Assembly (NCBI GenBank): GCA_028534125.1
Contig: CM052817.1
Coordinates: 31,932,001-31,996,000 of the forward strand
Direction of reading: 5' to 3'
Length of the DNA stretch: 64,000 nt
Source: Lama glama
Taxonomy: Eukaryota
Positions 62,866 through 64,000 of this stretch are shown one piece after another. How positions within the stretch are numbered: the stretch's first letter is position 1; each line of letters starts with the position of its first letter. The notes under the pieces are model-generated. The model was not told the origin of the DNA. It saw only the letters and a program-made list of their open reading frames with translations, and ran no database searches. The translations under genes were made by a program, and so were the position numbers.

Positions 62866-64000
62866 AAAGCTGAAACAAAACAGTTAATCTACAGTGTGAA
62901 AATCTAATTAACCAGAATACTATTCTAGGAATATTCTGATTACTTAAGATTTTATTGTAAATCTATCTTATCAACTAGTCTAAATCACTGGTTCCCAGAC
63001 TTCTTAATTTCATGGACTGGTAAAATTTGCAAGGAATTTTTGGGAACTGACATAGGCTTAACAACTTTTTATTTTGCCAAGTAAAGGTATATAAGTAAAT
63101 ACAAATAAATCCTCTATCTAGTTTCCCCATTATTTCATTAAATAAGATTTTTAAAACCAAAAATTGGGAGGGTTATAATTTCAGAATGACAGTTCTTCAA
63201 ATTAATTTCACATTATAAAGAACTTGCCCAAACCTCCATTGAGTCTAAGATACTCATTGTGCTTCACATTACTTGATCTGATGCTTTCTTTCATCTATTT
63301 TTAAAAGATATTAAGAAATGAAAATATTCCTAGGGTATTTTCCCCTCTACAATGTTTATGATGGGAAGAGAAACTATTTGGCTTTTTGTTAATTTTCACT
63401 CTACCCATGAGTAAATGTTAGTCATCACTAATTGACTTGCTAGCTTCCTGCCAGAATATTTGTGGAGAAATTCTTATTTCTCCACAAATGTAGGCCCTTA
63501 GAAAATGCTTCCCGAATTCCTTTTTGCATCTATCATATCTTACAGAGTTTCTCTCTTTCTTTTGGGAAGCTTACCACTCTTTAAAAACCATTGTTTCGTC
63601 CTTAGAAAGTTCCCCTTTGTCAATGAGTCAAACAATAAAAATTCATGTGCTCTTTAAAAAGTTTCTTTATCTGTATAACACATATGTTTCTGAGCTTCCA
63701 AAAATTTAGGTTAAGTGCCTGATAACCATCAATGGATATCATAGTATCTATCCTGTGTCACAGTTATCATAAGGATAATATGAGCCTTATAAAAGCATGT
63801 GGAGAAATGTTGGTGTTATGTTAATGCAAATATTATATGTATATTATTTATATATAGCTACTTTTTTAAATCATGCAAACATAATCAGATATAAATCCTT
63901 TATGATGGGATAGCTCATAATGGCTAAGCATCCCATAGAAGAATTCTGATTCCATGGTAAAGGTCTAGAAATACTATGCTCTAAACTGGGTCAAATAATT

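Overview
Mammalian genomic DNA, probably camelid: it carries six copies of a tRNA-Ala(AGC)-derived SINE resembling the camelid vic-1 type. The window holds the 5' end of one minus-strand spliced gene. A CpG-island promoter (~58.3-60.0 kb, CCAAT and GC boxes) has one or two candidate first exons. These are followed by a ~36 kb intron, a 178-nt exon (22415-22592), a 133-nt exon (3100-3232) and a ~533-549-nt exon (28-560/576). The last exon holds a strong-Kozak ATG opening a 67-codon frame (MDFLKRVVPPVLSGD...) that stays open to the splice donor at the window edge. I could not name the gene. The predicted spliced leader has at least 16 upstream AUGs, including a uORF whose stop codon is created by an exon junction. 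The introns are mostly old TEs (L1, L2, L3/CR1, MIR, MaLR/ERVL LTRs, hAT/Tigger). They also contain an intronless FABP5 processed pseudogene with poly(A) and TSDs, and a SINE that appears to have carried 3' flanking DNA with it. Repeat family names are from recalled consensus similarity, not a database search. I see no convincing new multi-gene system. The best leads are the uORF-dense, splice-switchable leader and the SINE 3' transduction.
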